A stretch of 64,000 nucleotides of DNA from Selaginella moellendorffii (lineage: Eukaryota > Plantae > Lycopodiophyta), in NCBI RefSeq assembly GCF_000143415.4, contig NW_003314310.1, positions 1,296,611 to 1,360,610 on the forward strand, written 5' to 3'. Shown in pieces: positions 62,153 to 64,000 of the stretch (position 1 is its first letter; each line of letters opens with the position of its first letter). Both the position numbers and the translations under genes were made by a program. Below the pieces are notes generated by a model. That model was not told the origin of the DNA. It did not search any database and saw only the letters and a program-made list of their open reading frames with translations.

Positions 62153-64000
62153 AACGTGGCATTGCATAGCCCGAAGGGCATCACCAGAAACTCAAAGCTC
62201 CCATACCTCGTTCGACAGGTTGTCTTCTCGACATCTTCCTCTGCTACCCTGATCTAGAAGTATCCTGACCTTAGGTCAATCCTCGAGAAGTATTTTGCCT
62301 TTCCCAACCTATCGAACAGGTCCTCAATCCTTGGCAAAGGGTACTTGTTCTTCTTTGTATATTTGTTGAGCAACCGGTAGTCTATGCACATGCGCATAGA
62401 TCCATCTTTCTTTTTCACAAATAGCACCGGTACCCTATATGGCGACTTGCTCAACCTAACATACCCTTTGTCCACCAACTTTTCTAGTTGGCGCTTGAGC
62501 TCCGCAAGTTCTTTTTCGTTCAAACGATAAAAGGGACGAACCACTGCCTCAGCACCCTCGACCAGCTCAATCTTATGTTCTATCAGTCGTGCGGGGGGCA
62601 ACCCCGCCGGTAGCTCCTCTGGCATGATATCCCGAAATTGGTCCAACACCCGTTGGATCACTAAAGGTACTTCTTCCATTCCTGTCTTTTTGTCACTTCT
62701 CACTGAGAGTAAGCACAAAAATGCAGCTTTGGTCCCTTTAGTGAGTTGTCCTCTCATGGACACCAGGTTTAAGCACGAATCTTTGGCCTTACATTGCCCT
62801 ACCTTTAGATCCTAGGCCTCCACCCTGGATCTTCTTCCTTGGGCATTTGCTAATACCACAAAGTTCCTACCTTGTCCATGTAGGGCTACCATAAACCGAT
62901 TGAACCAATCCATCCTGAAGATCTCGTCAAATCTCGCCATGTCCAACACAGTGAAATCCATGTCTACTTTCCAAGTCCCTACTTCGACTCTCACTTGTCG
63001 AAGTACCTCATCGGCGCTTTGGCTACCTTGAACAAACTCTATAGTCCTTGGTTTGCCCAGCTGCTGCACCGTTAGTCCGGCTTGCCGGACTATGTCTGCA
63101 GCCACAAAATTATCCGAAGCACCCGTGTCAATAAGGATCTTAACAAAGCTACCTCCGAGCTTCCTTCGGAGGGCTAGTAGATGTCGCGAACGACTCTCTA
63201 CCAAAGTTGCTCGTGTAATGTGTAACTTTAAGCTAGGGACTGGATCACATACTTCAGTTTGGACTTCACCCGACTTAATGGCCATATTGGCTCTAGCCTT
63301 CTTTAGGTAAGGACATTCCCTCGAAAAGTATCCCGCCTCACCGCAGTTATAGCATATGTTATTTCCCACGTTGCTAAATGACTTGACCTTCTTATCCATG
63401 GGTTTGTCTCTTTTTGCTTGACTCCCCCACGTACTTGCTCGCTGGCCACCGAATTTGCCTTTTCGGAACCCCGAGGACTCATTCTTAGAGAAACTCTTCT
63501 TGAATTTCCCTTTGCTATAAGTTCCCTTTGGTTTGGCCCCTTTGCTAAACGTGGACCCCGACCCCGTCGTGTTCCCCTTTCACAGGTTATCGTTGAAATG
63601 CACCTTGATAGCTGCATCCAACGCTTCTTTGTAATTGGTCAAGTTCCACCGCATCACTTTGCCGCGAGCCCAGGTTTGCAAGCCTGATATGAAGGCATGG
63701 AACGCATCCATATCCCCCATGTCCGTGATAAGTATCCTCTTTGCCATGAACCCATTCACATACTCCTGGATGGTTCCAGTCTGCTTCAGCCTACTCAGCT
63801 CATCTCTTAGATGCAAAGTGGCATTCAGAGGAACGTATGTTGCGTGGATCCTGGCCTTCATCATGTCCCAAGTGGCCACCGGTCCTTCGTTGGCCTCTGT
63901 CGTTCTTCACCAAGATTTGGCATTATCTGCCAAGTATGGTTTTGCACATAGGACCTTCTCCGAGCTCAGTAACCGCAACGCTCGGAAGTAGTCCTCCATA

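Larger units (their letters stand above)
57889..64000 (-). mobile_element. Ty3/Gypsy chromovirus (family E, possibly Tcn1-like); 5' end outside window
   Basis: 3' LTR 57889-59018, PPT CGGTGGTGGAGT, domain order gag-PR-RT-RH-IN-chromodomain. Confidence 0.92.
59422..64000 (-). pseudogene. gag-pol polyprotein (Gag, Zn knuckle, protease, RT, RNaseH, integrase, chromodomain) with premature stops
   Basis: LKQTGTIQEY, CYNCGEAGYFSREC, LIDTGAS, RMCIDYR, YIDD, ETDALDFALGAVL, ADALNR, H..H..CPTC, MDFITGLP, ISDRD, FHVNLLKPY, YEVEAIL..VKWKGF. In-frame stops at 63580, 62812, 62254, 60535, 60107 and 59512. Confidence 0.92.

Overview
Eukaryotic plant DNA. The very short (~47-60 nt) introns, extreme gene compaction and retrotransposon types suggest the lycophyte Selaginella (inference, not verified). 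1-13.5 kb is a GC-rich gene island: ALP1/HARBI1-like Harbinger-derived protein, HEN2 exosome helicase, MED27, otubain OTU1, UNC-50, a GHR1/SIRK1-type LRR-III pseudokinase and an unknown coiled-coil gene; four intergenic gaps are only 35-63 bp. From ~15.2 kb to the end is a block of Ty3/Gypsy-type elements nested up to ~8 levels deep, resolved by TG...CA ends, PBS/PPT and 5-bp target-site duplications (TSDs); families are labelled A-E here for convenience. Highlights: (1) the chromovirus at the right end has two host-sized GT-AG intron-like inserts (47 and 52 nt) in its integrase, whose removal exactly restores conserved motifs and a single gag-pol frame; (2) the same element has an in-frame triplication of the RT YIDD segment; (3) several 5S-rRNA-derived Cassandra-type TRIMs are present; (4) an element inserted antiparallel into its own family's solo LTR forms an ~850-bp-arm inverted repeat. 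All coordinates and alignments were read by eye.
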